Of a stretch of 52,861 nt of DNA, positions 26,301 through 39,873 are shown in pieces. The DNA is from Bigelowiella natans CCMP2755. Lineage: Eukaryota > Protista > Cercozoa. Each line of letters begins with the position of its first letter. The stretch's first letter is position 1. The notes under the pieces are model-generated. The model saw nothing but the letters and a program-made list of their open reading frames with translations, was not told the DNA's origin and ran no database searches. The DNA lies in contig ADNK01003200.1 of the NCBI GenBank assembly GCA_000320545.1, forward strand, positions 1 through 52,861. Direction: 5' to 3'. A program made the translations under genes and the position numbers.

Positions 26301-28297
26301 TCATAGCGGCGGACGCTCCCCACCAGGTCCGATACTATATAAAACTACAATTACGTTCTAAAATTCAAAATTATAAAGGTGAAACTACCAGAAAATATTC
26401 TTCAGCCTATTACCACGTTCTTTTTCGGAAATAAAGCCTTCGTTAGAAGCGCTGATCTCCAAACACAAAGTATAATGACGGTGAGTGTTTATGCTTTGAA
26501 CATTCAATATTGAACTATGCAGTGTTCAGACATAATTTCTCCTCAAATTTTGTTTATCAGACAAAGTTACCTAAGCCACAAAGTCAGATAGATTATAAGC
26601 GAACAACTGTCAGGACGACAGAAAAGGGCATTCATATTGAGCTAAATGAGTGTAGGAATCAGAGAAATCAGGTTGGAAAGATTCAGAAATCCTTTTCAGA
26701 GGCTAATGTGAGCGACCAAAAAATTAAGAAGATCACTATAGCCACCGGGTAAAAACCTTCAATAAAAGTCATATTATAGTATCTTGAAGAGTTTTATCAT
26801 TCATCTAAAAGGCCACGAGTGACCCCAAAACCTCGCCGATTTACTTCTCTCCGGTAATACTTATACATTATGACATTATGAATTTTTCGCAGGTGCCCTT
26901 GTCTAACATATTATATTTCTGTGTTAGTCGCGAAACAAGTTTCTCAGTGAGTAGAGGTAAGCATTGCGCTGATTTGCGAGCACACTAAAGATGAGAAACT
27001 TAAATGAAGATATTTTTGCATTTCGGGAAAAACACCTAATAATTGTAATCATTTGGGTGATTCTTTTTAACATAGAGGATTTAAATTGAATTACATAACG
27101 TACCCAAATCAGCTGCACGGAGTAAAAGTCGCCCTATCTCCCCTCATAGAGTAAAAGGCAAAGGTGAGAAGAATATTCCGATCAAAAGTATCAAAATATT
27201 AATCCGAAATTAAAGCATGAGACAAACTTTGAAAAGGTTTGCGGCGCCCGGAGAGCAGCAAGTCTATCCCAGTTGTTCCGAGAAGGTAAATCTCCTCCGT
27301 ATCTGCTGTAACTAGACTTTATAACATTCCTGTTACAATATTTGAGTATGTTGCACAATTTCGATTACATCTAAATTCGAGTGATGATCATCATCAGACT
27401 TAGAACCTCTGTGTCACACATGAGATCTGATCTTACTAGCTTCAGCCGGGTAATAATATCACCTTACCAAACTGTTCCAGAAACTGGCAATTGTTCTTAC
27501 GCATAAATCCACGAAAGCACTATTATATCTTATATCAGGTTGTTCGTGAGAACTATGACCAAGAGCACAGCATTTCGCAGGATTCGGGTTTTAACAACCG
27601 AGAGCTGTTTGAGGTTAGCATTTCGAGGTCGACCAGGATTGGGGGCACTGAAACGAGGGCCGAACCTCTAGAATCTGTCCGAATTCCCCGATCACCATCT
27701 ACTCATTCCGTTGAAGTCTCAAAAAGCAAAGTTGAATTAAGTAAAACGGCGCGAGTTGACAGCAAAAGCCCAAGACAGAAGCTTGAAGTTTCTGCCGATG
27801 GAACGAAGTCACATAACGAATCTTCTTTTCCGCAAGTGGACTCTGGTAAATCTCTCCGAACGTTTTGCTTGTTCACTCTTCAAAATGTTATTTGACGTAA
27901 TAAATTCTCATTTGCAGCTCTTCTCGAGATGATAGACGATCTTCAAGAGTGCATTTCTATCTTTGAAGCAGCAAAAAGAGCCTCCTTGAAGGAAATGGAG
28001 AACAATTCCCACCTTCGGTAATGAGGAAGATATTTATAACTCTGCAATGATATCAGATATCACCTACTATTGACTGCTGTATATTCTGGAAAAAATACTG
28101 GCTCATGATCACCCGCACGCACACACACACACACACAAATGTTAACATAAAATGAATGGTATTCGTTGCATGTAAATTTCGCAACTCAAATGTAGCGGAG
28201 TCACATTTCACGCGTGCATGGTCTGCTCTCCTCTTTTTAACATCGCAGATTTATCAACCGTGACGACATAGCTCCTCAATTAACACGAAGTTTTTGA
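23390..28297 (+). CDS. Multi-pass membrane protein fused to an RGS domain (7TM-RGS-like)
   Basis: Several hydrophobic exons (e.g. FVVAMWLAFTLYFTLYW, AILCLTVILQWMVMVF, IFWLLLMGFWAIESW) precede RGS-like segments 'LSFSTLLD..PKLLELYEDHL', 'ATLIFQLD', 'GLNIYLEFIAADAPHQVKLP' and 'IFEAAKRASLKEMENNSHLRF'. Confidence 0.72.
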
Positions 28298-28539
28298 CTG
28301 GAATGGTGCAATTAAACTAGCAGTGATGTTTCGAGGTGTCATCGTGAGAACATGTGCGTTGTCACGGCCATTACACTAGCAGTCGCATAGTTGCATGTGC
28401 GACGGATGTGATGAAGTGACTGAGTATTTTCAGTGGTCATCTTGATGCAGTCATGCAAAGCAGCGGCTACAGCTCTTGTGTTCCAACGGTTTGTTTCTGC
28501 TGTCATCTTGCTAAATTTGTGTTCATGCATTTAAAAGCA

Positions 28540-29990
28540 TCCTCATCGTTCTAGCGTGTCGTTCATCTCGCGCAGTGCTGCAGCTAGCTAGTGCGGTGCT
28601 TGCAGTTTCATGTCTCGTCTGCACAGCATTGCAACTGAATGGGCATCTAGGCATGGGCTGCAATGATCCAGATTTTGCTTTTGATGTGAAATGCACAAAC
28701 TAGCAAGCGCTGGCGCTCCAGCTAGCCAGATTTGAATGTGACAGTCGACCTGCTAGCCTGTCTAGCTGTACACGTTCACACCGCCCACTAGCTAGCTACT
28801 AGCTAGTCTCGCTGAAACTACGCACTACCAGACTAGACCACTCTAGTCAATTCCAGAATTGTCTAGCACTGGCACTAGAGCAAGGCAGCAAGCATCATGA
28901 CTCATGCTGGCATGCATGGCTGCAGATTTAGAGATCTAGAGATGGCTAGATGGTCGTGTCTAGCTAGCTAGCTACAGTTAGGTTTGTCTAGTTGTGCGTG
29001 TTGCATGCTGGCTTGTCTGGATGTCAAGATGTGTCACAAGCTAGCTGACATCAGACGATGGACATGCACATCACTCTCTAGCTCTGGCATTGTGTCCATC
29101 ATTCAGCAGACCATGCTCGCATGCTCGCATGTGCGTTTGCATTCGCGCATGTGGCCAGCTACAACTAGTGCTAGAGACGATTCAGTGTTGACCAGATGAG
29201 CGCAATGCATCATTGTGCACACTAGCACAAACTGGACAAAGTGCGGAACTGGCTAGCCAGATCAGTCATCACACGCCTGCCTAGCTAGCTAGTAGTCACA
29301 TTCAGTTTGCATGGACTGCAAGTCCCCACACGTGCATGCTGTCTGCGACATGTGCATCGACTGCTTCACATGTGCCTTTTGTCTCACACATGCTGCACAT
29401 CAGCAGCGCACACATCTAGAGATGTGCACATGTGCATCCATGTGCACAGGTGCATGTGTGGTTGTAAAGAGAGCACGTGTGCTTTTTCAGTGCACGTGAA
29501 TGAGTGAATGGGCACATGTGTCCACATGCGCGTACACGTACATGGACTATGAATCCCCACAAGTTGCATCTATGAGCACTGCACTAAAGCTAGCTAGAGA
29601 GTGCTAGGTTGCCCGGCGTTGCGTTGTGTAGTTGCATTCTTGGACGTTACATGCCTAGTTGCACTGCACGCCGCGCTGCTCGATCTGCATCAGAGCCTAA
29701 CATGTCAGCGCCTCAACTCTAAATTCAACGAATTCTAATTATGACATGCGCAATAATTCTCCAATTTTAAATCTCTACATGTAGTTGCATTCTGGTTTCA
29801 TTTGGGAGCGCACGAATTGTTCATATATACAAGCTCTCAAGTGCCACTAGATTGAGGCGCGCATGACAACTCTAGAATTGCGCAGAGAGCAAAGAGCAGT
29901 TGCACGCGGCATGTCTAGATGTGATTGCATGCTAGCTGCATGGCTAGATGGCGTGGGAACTTTCAGAAGGTCTAGAGGTTTAGAGTTGCT
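28540..29990. other. TpA-depleted island 4 (convergent intergenic)
   Basis: Dense TGCA/CATG/TGTGCAC mosaics; nearly all TA in the core lie in CTAG, often as (CTAG)n runs. Confidence 0.88.
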
Positions 29991-30249
29991 TTGATGTAGT
30001 CTAGATTCATTATTGGCGTTTCAATGCGTCGTCTAGGTCGCATGGTGTATCGTATGACTGTTGTGTGAGCAACATAAGTTGAAAAGTGATTAGCTGCTAA
30101 GCTAGAACGAGCTAAAAACTGCATTGTACGATGATTCGTAGGCCCGGTCAGCATATAGCGAGTTCATCATTCATTGGAACTGACTGGATTCCTTCATCGA
30201 CACAACTTTTCATACCTTGCCCGTGCTTCCGTCAACATTTCTATTTTAC

Positions 30250-31462
30250 TTAATATATCCCTGTTTGTTTCATGTAGGAAAGGAACCTAAAAACGACAAC
30301 TACAAGTCTTATACACAACACAAAGGACAAAAATACGAAGATGTTATTACGCTTCTCTCGTTGCCTTATTCTTTCCTTGCATCATCGCAAGCATCTGGAG
30401 AAAAGAAAACGTTGATCCAAGATTACTCCCATATCGACAACAAGAGGTAGCCATTCAGTTCTGGTGTAAATTTTAACCTCTCCCAGCTCTTCACGAGTCA
30501 TATCTTCACCAAGCTGCTTTGCAACTTCTTCTAAATTGTTTAAACTGATTTCCCCTGTGCCTTCCTGCGCGAGGTTTATGATAATAATAATAAAGATGAG
30601 CTTCGTTTACGCCATGTTACCATTTTCTTAAATCGTCGCGTAAATGAGACGACTCGTACCGGGTCAAATATGTTGAAGGCCTTACTAACATCGTTCTTTG
30701 ACATTCTATGAGACTGTGTATGAAGATGGGATATAGAAAGAACGTTACAGTTATGACGCGACCCCGTCCCCACCCTATTCGCATCGGAAAACTGCCTGGC
30801 TTCAAAAAATTTCTTATGAAAAACTGTCTGGATGCAAATAAACAACCATTTGTTTGCGTATCACGGCCAAAAATTCCGGAAAGTCGATAGTGCCCGAGTT
30901 ATCCTTGTCTGCATCATGTACTACTCTTTTTAATTCAGTTTTCTTAAGTTCCAAGCCTAAACCCCTCAATGCCACGTTGAGCTCGCTCAGCTTCATCACG
31001 CCTGCATTATTGCTATGTGTCTTTCATGAACGTGGTGGATCATGGGTTCATAAATTGAAAAAGCTTTATTGGCATCATCATCTCCCAACTACTACCTGTT
31101 CCTTTGGTGTCGAAAAGGTCAAATGCACTACGGATCTGCTTTGTCTGTCCCTCTGTGAGGGTGATTTCAACTTGCTTCACACCCTTGGGGCCTTTTGCAG
31201 AGCTCTTCTTTGAACCATTTTTACCGCTGATGACGAATTTGTAGGTTGGGAATTTCAATTGGGGTGTATTGCAATTAATGCAAACGCACGCGAGGTAGGA
31301 TGGTAAGCATGTGGCCAACGTTGAACCCATTGAATACACTTCAAAAACGCGAGATGTGATATAAACCATCGTCAAATTTTCCTCTTCAGGTGACACGCTA
31401 ACCAATCATAATACAGCTACCCGCCCACACCTAATGTCCGAACCGTCTCCAACCAACCTCAT
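30250..31462 (-). CDS. Centrin (caltractin)-like EF-hand protein, divergent
   Basis: '[116 protein letters not shown]' (cf. centrin C-terminus MKKTSLY). The first micro-exon ATG AG at 31462 is inferred. Confidence 0.9.
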
Positions 31463-32854
31463 TGTTTTTCCCACGTCCCGTTATCGTAGGATAACGCCTG
31501 CGATGAAGAGAATTTCAGTTGTATTCGAGAGAAAGTCAGAAAAATATTCAAGTCGTATTATAAAAATAGAGAATATTTAAAAAGGGAATGCATTATGTCG
31601 GATGGATGGCAGATATTCTTTGTCTTTAAAGCGAAAACCACAGCGTAAACGAGGGCGTCTGAGTTGTAAAACTCCACAACAAAATAGCTAAAAAATAAAA
31701 TCGTATGTGTCAAATAGAGTCCATTTGTGCAGAGAATCAGTAGAAACTTCCCAATAACGAGAAGGAGATTTTGTAGGTACGATCAGCTTCAGATCTTTGA
31801 TGTCATAATTTACTAGTTTTAAATGGGCTAAATCCACTACACATTGTTTATGCGACAATTTTTAAAATGAACATTTGAATTATACCATGGATAATTGATT
31901 GGGAAAATCCAGATGAAAAAGTTCAACGTTATCTTGAAATTCATTACCGCTTAGCTCATAATCCCGGTTTTTTAAAACTTTAGACCTATTCTCCCACATA
32001 AAGTATTTAAATTTGGCTTGTTGGACTAAAATGCATAAAAATTGTATCCAATGGTCTTTCACCAGAAATGATTTCCAATAAGTATACGTCCGAATTAATC
32101 AATCACGCATATTGTCTTTACGACTGCCAATTTATATGTAAAAAAACAATTACATGAATGTATGAAAATCATAGTAGACAATAATGCTACCTTTTAAATT
32201 CTGAATATTCGTCAGGGGTCTTCCTTACTAAGAATATTCACAGGGGAGATTAGAGAATTTTAAATAGTCATTTTTTGAAGTCTATAGAGATAAATATAAT
32301 CTAAATTTGTCCTCATGATACAATTATGAGACGTTATATTTCAATACAGTCTAAAAATGAGAATGCGTCGTTTTGACGGTCTATCTCTGAAAATAATCAA
32401 ATTCAAGGGCTTTCTTTCATGTCCAAATGGTGCCAATGCGCGCCAAATAAACCCCCTTTTGGACCCTGATTTAGTTTCAAATGGCCTTCAATACACCCAA
32501 ATGCCCATCATTCCTGGGATATCAGGCTTCCCTTGTCGCTGATTGCACCTTAATTCTGCAGCAGGGCTGGGATAGAGCCAGCACTCGGTGAAAAGGAAAT
32601 GCAAGGCTAAGTTTCCTGACGTGCGACTGGCAGTCTTCTCAGTCTCAAAAGAAGATTCTCAAGTGCAGCCAGTCTTTCCAAGAACATCCGGCATTCCTCC
32701 TAATCTAAACCTACTTCGATGGGGAATGGCCTTCCCCAACCTCGTCCCCAATCATTTTTTCAAAAGCCAGCACCCGGGAGATAGCCTTCGCCGCAGGAAT
32801 ATAGAGACACGAGGAAGGTAATACTCCCCTTCCATTTGACCTAAGCGCCGAGCT

Positions 32855-35800
32855 ATGAGCAGCGACGAGGAGGATGAGAGGCTGAGAGCGGTGGAGTATG
32901 GCGGCCCGGAGGACAAAGGAAAAATTTACAAAAGGGTGATTCTTTCTAATTTTCGGCTTCTTTTCTGATCGTTCTATCTATGGTTAAAGACAAGGACAGC
33001 TTTCATATCTAGTGGGCTTTATGAAATGCTAGTGGCATGCACCAATGTGTATTTATTATTCGTGCCTTTCATCAGAATCCCCACATACACATTGCAATCC
33101 TTTCAAAGGATACCAATTCGAGCCATTATTTTTCCTTAAAGAGAAAAAAAGAAAATTCTATGTCATTGCATCCTGTCTAAATCGGGATGGGTGAATGGGA
33201 AACTTTAGCTTAAGCGGTATGGATATGTTGTTCATTACACTAAATTTCCGGTGACTTTTTGCAGTTTGAGAAGAGGCTTGGGACCGGGGCATACAAAGAC
33301 GTATATTTAGCTTATAATACCGATGATGGGACTGACGTAGCCTGGAATACGGTATTAAACAATATTACAGTGTTATAGATGAGAAGATGACTGCCTACGG
33401 GGAATTTAGAAAGATCGGAGTGGAGATAAACTTTGGGGCTATTATTTTTTCCAGTTGAGCCTAGCTTTGGCAAATCATATCCTCCACCGTAGCGATTGTG
33501 ATCAATAATGTTGGGTTATCCTCAAATATTTTTGTATTGATTAATATTTATTTTTGAAGGTAAAACTTGCGAGGGTGCCACAGACTGAGAGGGAACGTAT
33601 TCAACATGAAACCAACGTTCTGGGAAGTATAAAGCACAAGAATATCATAAAATTCTTCGACGTATGGAAAAATGATGTGAAGAAAGAGGTGTAAAGTTAA
33701 GTGATCACTAATTTAGAAGTTTCTAAGCCTTTGTTCTATCAGGTATGCTTCACAACTGAAATTGTCCAGGGCGGAACTCTGAAGAGGTTCTACCATTTCG
33801 TTATTATTCAATTAAACCTGCTCACTCGTTGATTTCCCTCTCAGTTTCATTAGGAGAGTGTATCCTGTTTCCATTCGCGTCCTTAAGAAATGGTGCATAC
33901 AAATTCTGGAGGCTTTAGATTACCTACATGGAAATACACCACCGTAAGCATTCGTTTTTCTTCTATATATCTGCTCTGTCCTCTAAAAAGATCTTTGCTT
34001 CTTAGGATAATACATCGAGACCTAAAATGCGACAATATTTTCGTCAATAGTAAGGTGAGATAGGATGCAATTTCTTTTTTGCTCATGGATTTGAATAAAA
34101 CAAAAACCGAGCCGAGTTACCTTTTTTTAAGCAGTTGGTGCATCTTTGTACTTAGGAATCTGCGCTTCTGATCGGTGACTTTGGCTTAGCAGCACTACGA
34201 AAGCAAACGTACATCAATTTCTATTTCCTCTCCCCCATCGAACTATATTTAATGGATGTCTCACTCAGATGTGCCAAGAGTGTTCTGGGCACCCCTCATT
34301 TTATGGCGCCCGAACTATACGATGAATCCTATACTGAGAAAGTAAGAAGCTCAACAATTTTTTTAGAAATTGTATCGACCAAACAGAATGATAACCAATT
34401 TTGTCACTCTTAAATTATAGGTCGATATTTACGCGTTTGGTATGTGCGTCTTGGAAATGGCAACCAATGAGACCCCATATATTGAGTGCATAAATCCGGC
34501 ACAGATCTTCAAAAAGGTGCGCCATGATTTGCCATTTTTAGATTTGTTGTACCGTCAAAGTATTGCACGTTACTCGTCAGAAGTACAACCGATAGACCTA
34601 AAAGCAAATGGGCTTATAATTCTCATCATAGTGACTTAAACGAGTAATGAAATCTAAAATGTTCGATCCCGCAAGGTTTATTGTGGCCAACCTCCTGATG
34701 TTCTCAAGCGGATAAAAACGACAAGGTCTCTCCATGAAAGATGGATTTTTTTTGGAAGTCCTTTAAAAATAGCCACCTCGCCTGACCACCTCTCCCATGT
34801 GTACATCAGCGTCCGTGAATTTATAGAGATATGTCTCCTTCCTGCGGAGAAGAGGCTTTCAGCAAAAGAATTACTGCGGCATCCTTTTCTAGACCTACTG
34901 CCTCAGGACCGTGTGGAAGTGGAAGTTGAGGTACGAAGAATATGTAAGAATGGACAAACACATACTTACACACAACCACAAGTATATGACTGAATATGTT
35001 TGCACGCAAGTTTCAATTAGTATAATTCCACAAATTTATAGTCGTATTCTTATCAGCCCCCGAAAGAGAAGAAATCTCAAAAAACAGCTACGTCAAAATC
35101 GCGTCGGCGCTCCCCCAAACGTAAGAAACCTAAGTCGAAGCGGAACAAAACAGGAAAGAATGGTGCGAGGCCATCAGTACGATTCAGCGAGTTTCCAAAG
35201 GAGAAAAAGGAGAAAGGTGCTTCCCAAGATCTGCCAACTCCATCAACGGACATTTCTCAAGATCAGCAAAGCATTCAACACTGCATGATACTGCTTGAGG
35301 CAGTGGCGAAGGTCTTCTGAGTTTTCTAGCAAAGCCCGCACGCTTTCTATCTCACACATTAATTCTCTTATCAGATGAAGAGCAAAACCGAAACGCAAGC
35401 CAGCCTTACTCTCAAGGTCAAAATCGCGAAAGACAAAGACAAAGGTGCGACCGGACCGGTCGAAACAAAGGAGATCGATTTTGACTTTAACCTGCAGACT
35501 GACACAGTGGAGCAGGTGTGTGAGGAGATGGTGAGGGAGTTCGATCTCAAGGACCCTGCCCTCGCAAGACTCATCGAAGAAATTCAAAGAGTCCTTAGCA
35601 CGACATTATTAGATGACCAGGGAAGAGCGCAAAACAACAACACGATAATACTGCCGGCGCCCGAAGTTAGATCGCTGCCCCAGGAGTGCAAGAAGCCAAA
35701 CGACCGCAATGAGAAGGTTAGTCGGAAGCCTCGAACTTTGCCACCGTCGCAGCACTCCAAATCCAATTCTGAAGCTTCCATTCCAATTTCACGCGCCCAA

Positions 35801-35914
35801 TCATTACCTACCAAGACCGAACGAGGTACACCACACACTCACGCACACACATACCACACACACATCCATCATTTCTACCATATCCTCCACCATATAATAT
35901 GTGGAATTATATAA

Positions 35915-35953
<39 letters not shown>

Positions 35954-38490
35954 CATATGTGTTCAGATCGTTTCTGTGTAATTTTCCACCATAATTATCC
36001 CTGTCCTCACAAACAATCGATATATTCTTTGCAGGGAACTCCACAAACATCACAGAACCAATTATAGAGGAAGATGTGGAAGATATAGTGGTCCTCGGGG
36101 GGGAGGGAGGCGCAAAACCTGGAAAGATATCCGTTGATGTGGATACTAATTTAGAAGCCAATGGAACGGGGGAAACTCCCAAGACACCAAGCGATATCGA
36201 CGTTCCAGGAATGCGTGGAGACGAAGATAGCAGCGAGGGGGAGAGGAATCCAGGAGGGCCGAGTATTATCGCCAACCCATCTCAAGAGAGGGTATTCTTA
36301 TTACAGAACGATTATCATCTAACCCTAATGATAATAGAATGCTACAGTAGTTTTATTGACACAACGCGTATATTTTCCAGGAAGGAAAACTGTCTCCACT
36401 GCCAGGTGGGGCAGAAAATGAAGAGGATGCAATCGCGGATATCGATAATGAAGAGGACTTCCAGAAGCTACTGGAAAAGTAAGCCGCGCGTAAGAGAGAT
36501 TATAATGGAATAGAAACATTCATGCGGAACCACAGGATTTCATGTCACAAATATTGGCGATGTTTATATTAAACGCATGCATTGAGCGACATTGTCATCA
36601 TCATCATCATCCCGTCGTTTTTCTCTCTCCTTTTGCTGTTAAAAATAGGCGCGAGCTCAAGATGAAGAAGATGATCATTGAAGATAAGACGAAACTGGAG
36701 AAGCTATGGATGAAGAAGCGAGGGCGGCGAAACAAGTACTCGGCCTTTACGCAACCCGCGAGCCCGGGGAAGGTGGGGCGGCAAATAAGGCACAGCTTAC
36801 AGGACATACGATCGCACGGGGATCTTTCCCGGAACCACTTCTTCCCCAACGATATGCCGGCTAATTTTTCAAAAGAAAACAGTGGCGGTGCCTCGAAAAC
36901 CACGAACAACCCGCAGAGAGCATCATCCCCTCCAGGTATACTTCCGGAATTCCTGGAAGACATTATAAAGAACAACAACGTCCCAAGGCCTAGCGTAGTT
37001 GTTGATAAAGAGCAATCGCCTAAAACGATTAGACAATCCTCTTCCTCCGATAATCCTCTTGTTGTCTCCACGGACGGCGACCAAACGGAAACAAGGGGGT
37101 CGAATATCAGCTGGGCAAACGATATCAATTCCAACCACGTGTCGCCAGCCAAGTCGGTCCACCAATTTTCCTCTCCAAATCACCCCGGACCGCAGGGCAC
37201 CTTCGACTTCCTCTTTGACGACGACGAAAAGGAGAGGCCAGAGCGGTAGGAGGAGAGCACCAAGATGGCGGCGGATCCAGCAACGGAGTCGATGGCGACG
37301 ACGCCATTGATAAACAGAAAAAACCATCTCCTCAACATGGCGCCGTTGACGACGCCGCCGCCAGCACTAACATAGAGGATTTCCTTATGTTAAATAAGAT
37401 CGCACCAGGCATACGCGAGGACGGTGGCGATACCATGACGGATAAGGCCGCTACCGGAACCATCCGCATGCCCTCCACAGACACAACTGCAGCACATATC
37501 AGTGCTCCCACGCTACAACACAGGGAGTCGACCATCGAGCTCCCCTTCATGAACCAAAACAGCAGCAGCAGCAACAGCAGCAGCAACGATTCTGCGAACA
37601 GGAAAAATGACAATGGCGGTGTTGCTGCCGCCGCTGCCAAAAGTCACGTGCCGACGATTAATTTGCCCCAGTTCCCCAAAACAGCGGCCTCCTCCTCCTC
37701 CGGGCTTCTTGAAAATATTATGGATGCGGAACTATCCGAACTTCGCAAGGAAAAAACGCACGCCCCGATCTCTTTGCGAAGAGCCAACAGCGGCGGCTCC
37801 ATCAGGAAGGGCAGCAGCAGCAGCAGCAAGTTTACGAGGCCGTTGCCAAAGAATAGTGGAGGATTCCCGCCTGATTTAACGATGGTACACTCGGTGCCCG
37901 CATCGATTAATGGAACGACGAGAGGGAAAACCCTGCCGCTGTCGGCCTCAGACGTCAACTTGAAGTATCATGGGAGAGCTGCAGTTGCTGTTACAACCGC
38001 CAACAACATTCGGCCGATTTCGCAGGATGTGCTCACTAAGGCCGCGGGGATATTGGAGCTCGATGACGGTATGAAACTATGTCAGCAATAAGTACGCAAT
38101 CTATGGGTGAATGAATGGGAGGAAGATCAACTTATTCCACACCCATTTAACGCCATATCATATATCTTGCTAAATATACATATATTATATGCGTTCTTTC
38201 TGTGACCCTCCTTTCGTTATCTCTCCCGTCTCTCTTCACCTCACACACTCGTTTGCTTCCACCTCAGTGCATATCATCGAGATTCTCCGAGATCCGAATC
38301 GGATAAATAAACAGCGGTTGAAGCTGCAGCACAAAACTGTGGATTTAGCCAAGAAAGTGCGAATAGGGAAGGCAGCTGAAGTTTTGCAGCTAGAATCTGA
38401 TCGGTATGTCTTCTTCGCTACTTCTCCAATGTGTTGCTATGAATTTTTACTACTAGGAATAGTTTGGACGTGTGCACGATATCTGCGTGC

Positions 38491-38527
<37 letters not shown>

Positions 38528-39016
38528 CTATACAACTCAATTATTCCCTGTGGCCCTCCTTCAGAGCCTATTGAGGCTTGCTCGCTGCAATTGATTGCAA
38601 TTGTAGTCGCAATCACGCATCGACACGCCAGTAGTATTCTTTATCGGTCTCTTATTGTTTCTTCTTTCTTTTCTTTTTTCTTTTGTTCCTCTTCCCCCGT
38701 TCAGGCGGAGGGGGATCTTACACGTGGCTCACAAGCCAACCAAGAGCAACAAGCGCGACAACGCTGGTGCAAGAGGAGGCTCTCGCAAGAGTGCTCCAGG
38801 CGTATTAATTGGGTCCTCACGCCGTGCTCGAACGCCCCCTCCCGAGCCATCGTACAACAAGCACTCGAGTAGCGGTAGCTCCTCCAATAGCAGGCAAGTA
38901 TTTCCAGTTGAATGGCAGAATTCCTACCCAAAAACCGGTAGCAGCGACGCCAACCACCTCGGCAGCTCCGAAAACCAGTTTGATGCGTTTGGCATGGTAC
39001 GTGTGTGGGTGTGTGG

Positions 39017-39091
<75 letters not shown>

Positions 39092-39804
39092 GCGGATCAG
39101 ATGAGAATGAATAAGTTCGTTCTGGTTCTGATGGATTTCATGGTAGTTTGGAAGGGTGGTGTTGATGTTGCTGCTGCTGATTCTTGCGATGGCGTTTTGA
39201 CACTGCTATTAGCTACTGAATGGCGACGGCTCCACCCAACTTCAAAGTGGCGGTGGCTTTACGAGATCAAGATCTTCATCTATGCGTGTTGAAGGGAAAA
39301 GTATTGATAACAAAAGGTGATAATGGGGCTGCGGTGGTAGGATAACGAGAGGGGAATCATGGCGGAAAGAGTGAATTCAGTAAACCAAAGGAAAGAGTAG
39401 TGAGAACTTGCATATGATGCGGTCGTGTCTCGAGGGGTTGTTATTGATTCTATTTTGTATTACCTTGAAGCATAATAGCACTGCCATTAAACGGTATTAT
39501 TGTCATCGATTCAGTGGGCTCGCGGAGCGCAGGGGTAGCGCTTCACGACTCGGTAAACGTGGCGCTGGTTCCTCTTCTACCCCCTCTCTCGAAGAAGAAA
39601 AGGTCACAAGAGAAACTCTGGAGGCCAAGAGGAAGAAGGAGGGTGATCAGGCTGAAGGTAACGTAAAAACATAGCAATATATAGCAACGTTTCGCGATTA
39701 TATTGTAACGACGCTGATATGTAACAAGCTGCGAAGACCTTTTGCGTGCTTATAATGACGATAATGGCCATCCGCAGAAATGATGAATGGAGACAATATG
39801 CACA

Positions 39805-39873
<69 letters not shown>

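Noticed and set aside
28339-29569. Cys/His/Met-rich short ORFs in islands as real metal-binding proteins
   Set aside because: Loss of TA removes TAA stops and Tyr codons and enriches TGY/CAY/ATG, so such ORFs arise as a by-product.
31500-32850. Separate gene or ncRNA in the centrin-WNK intergenic region
   Set aside because: Only short ORFs without recognisable motifs; no tRNA/snRNA signature visible.
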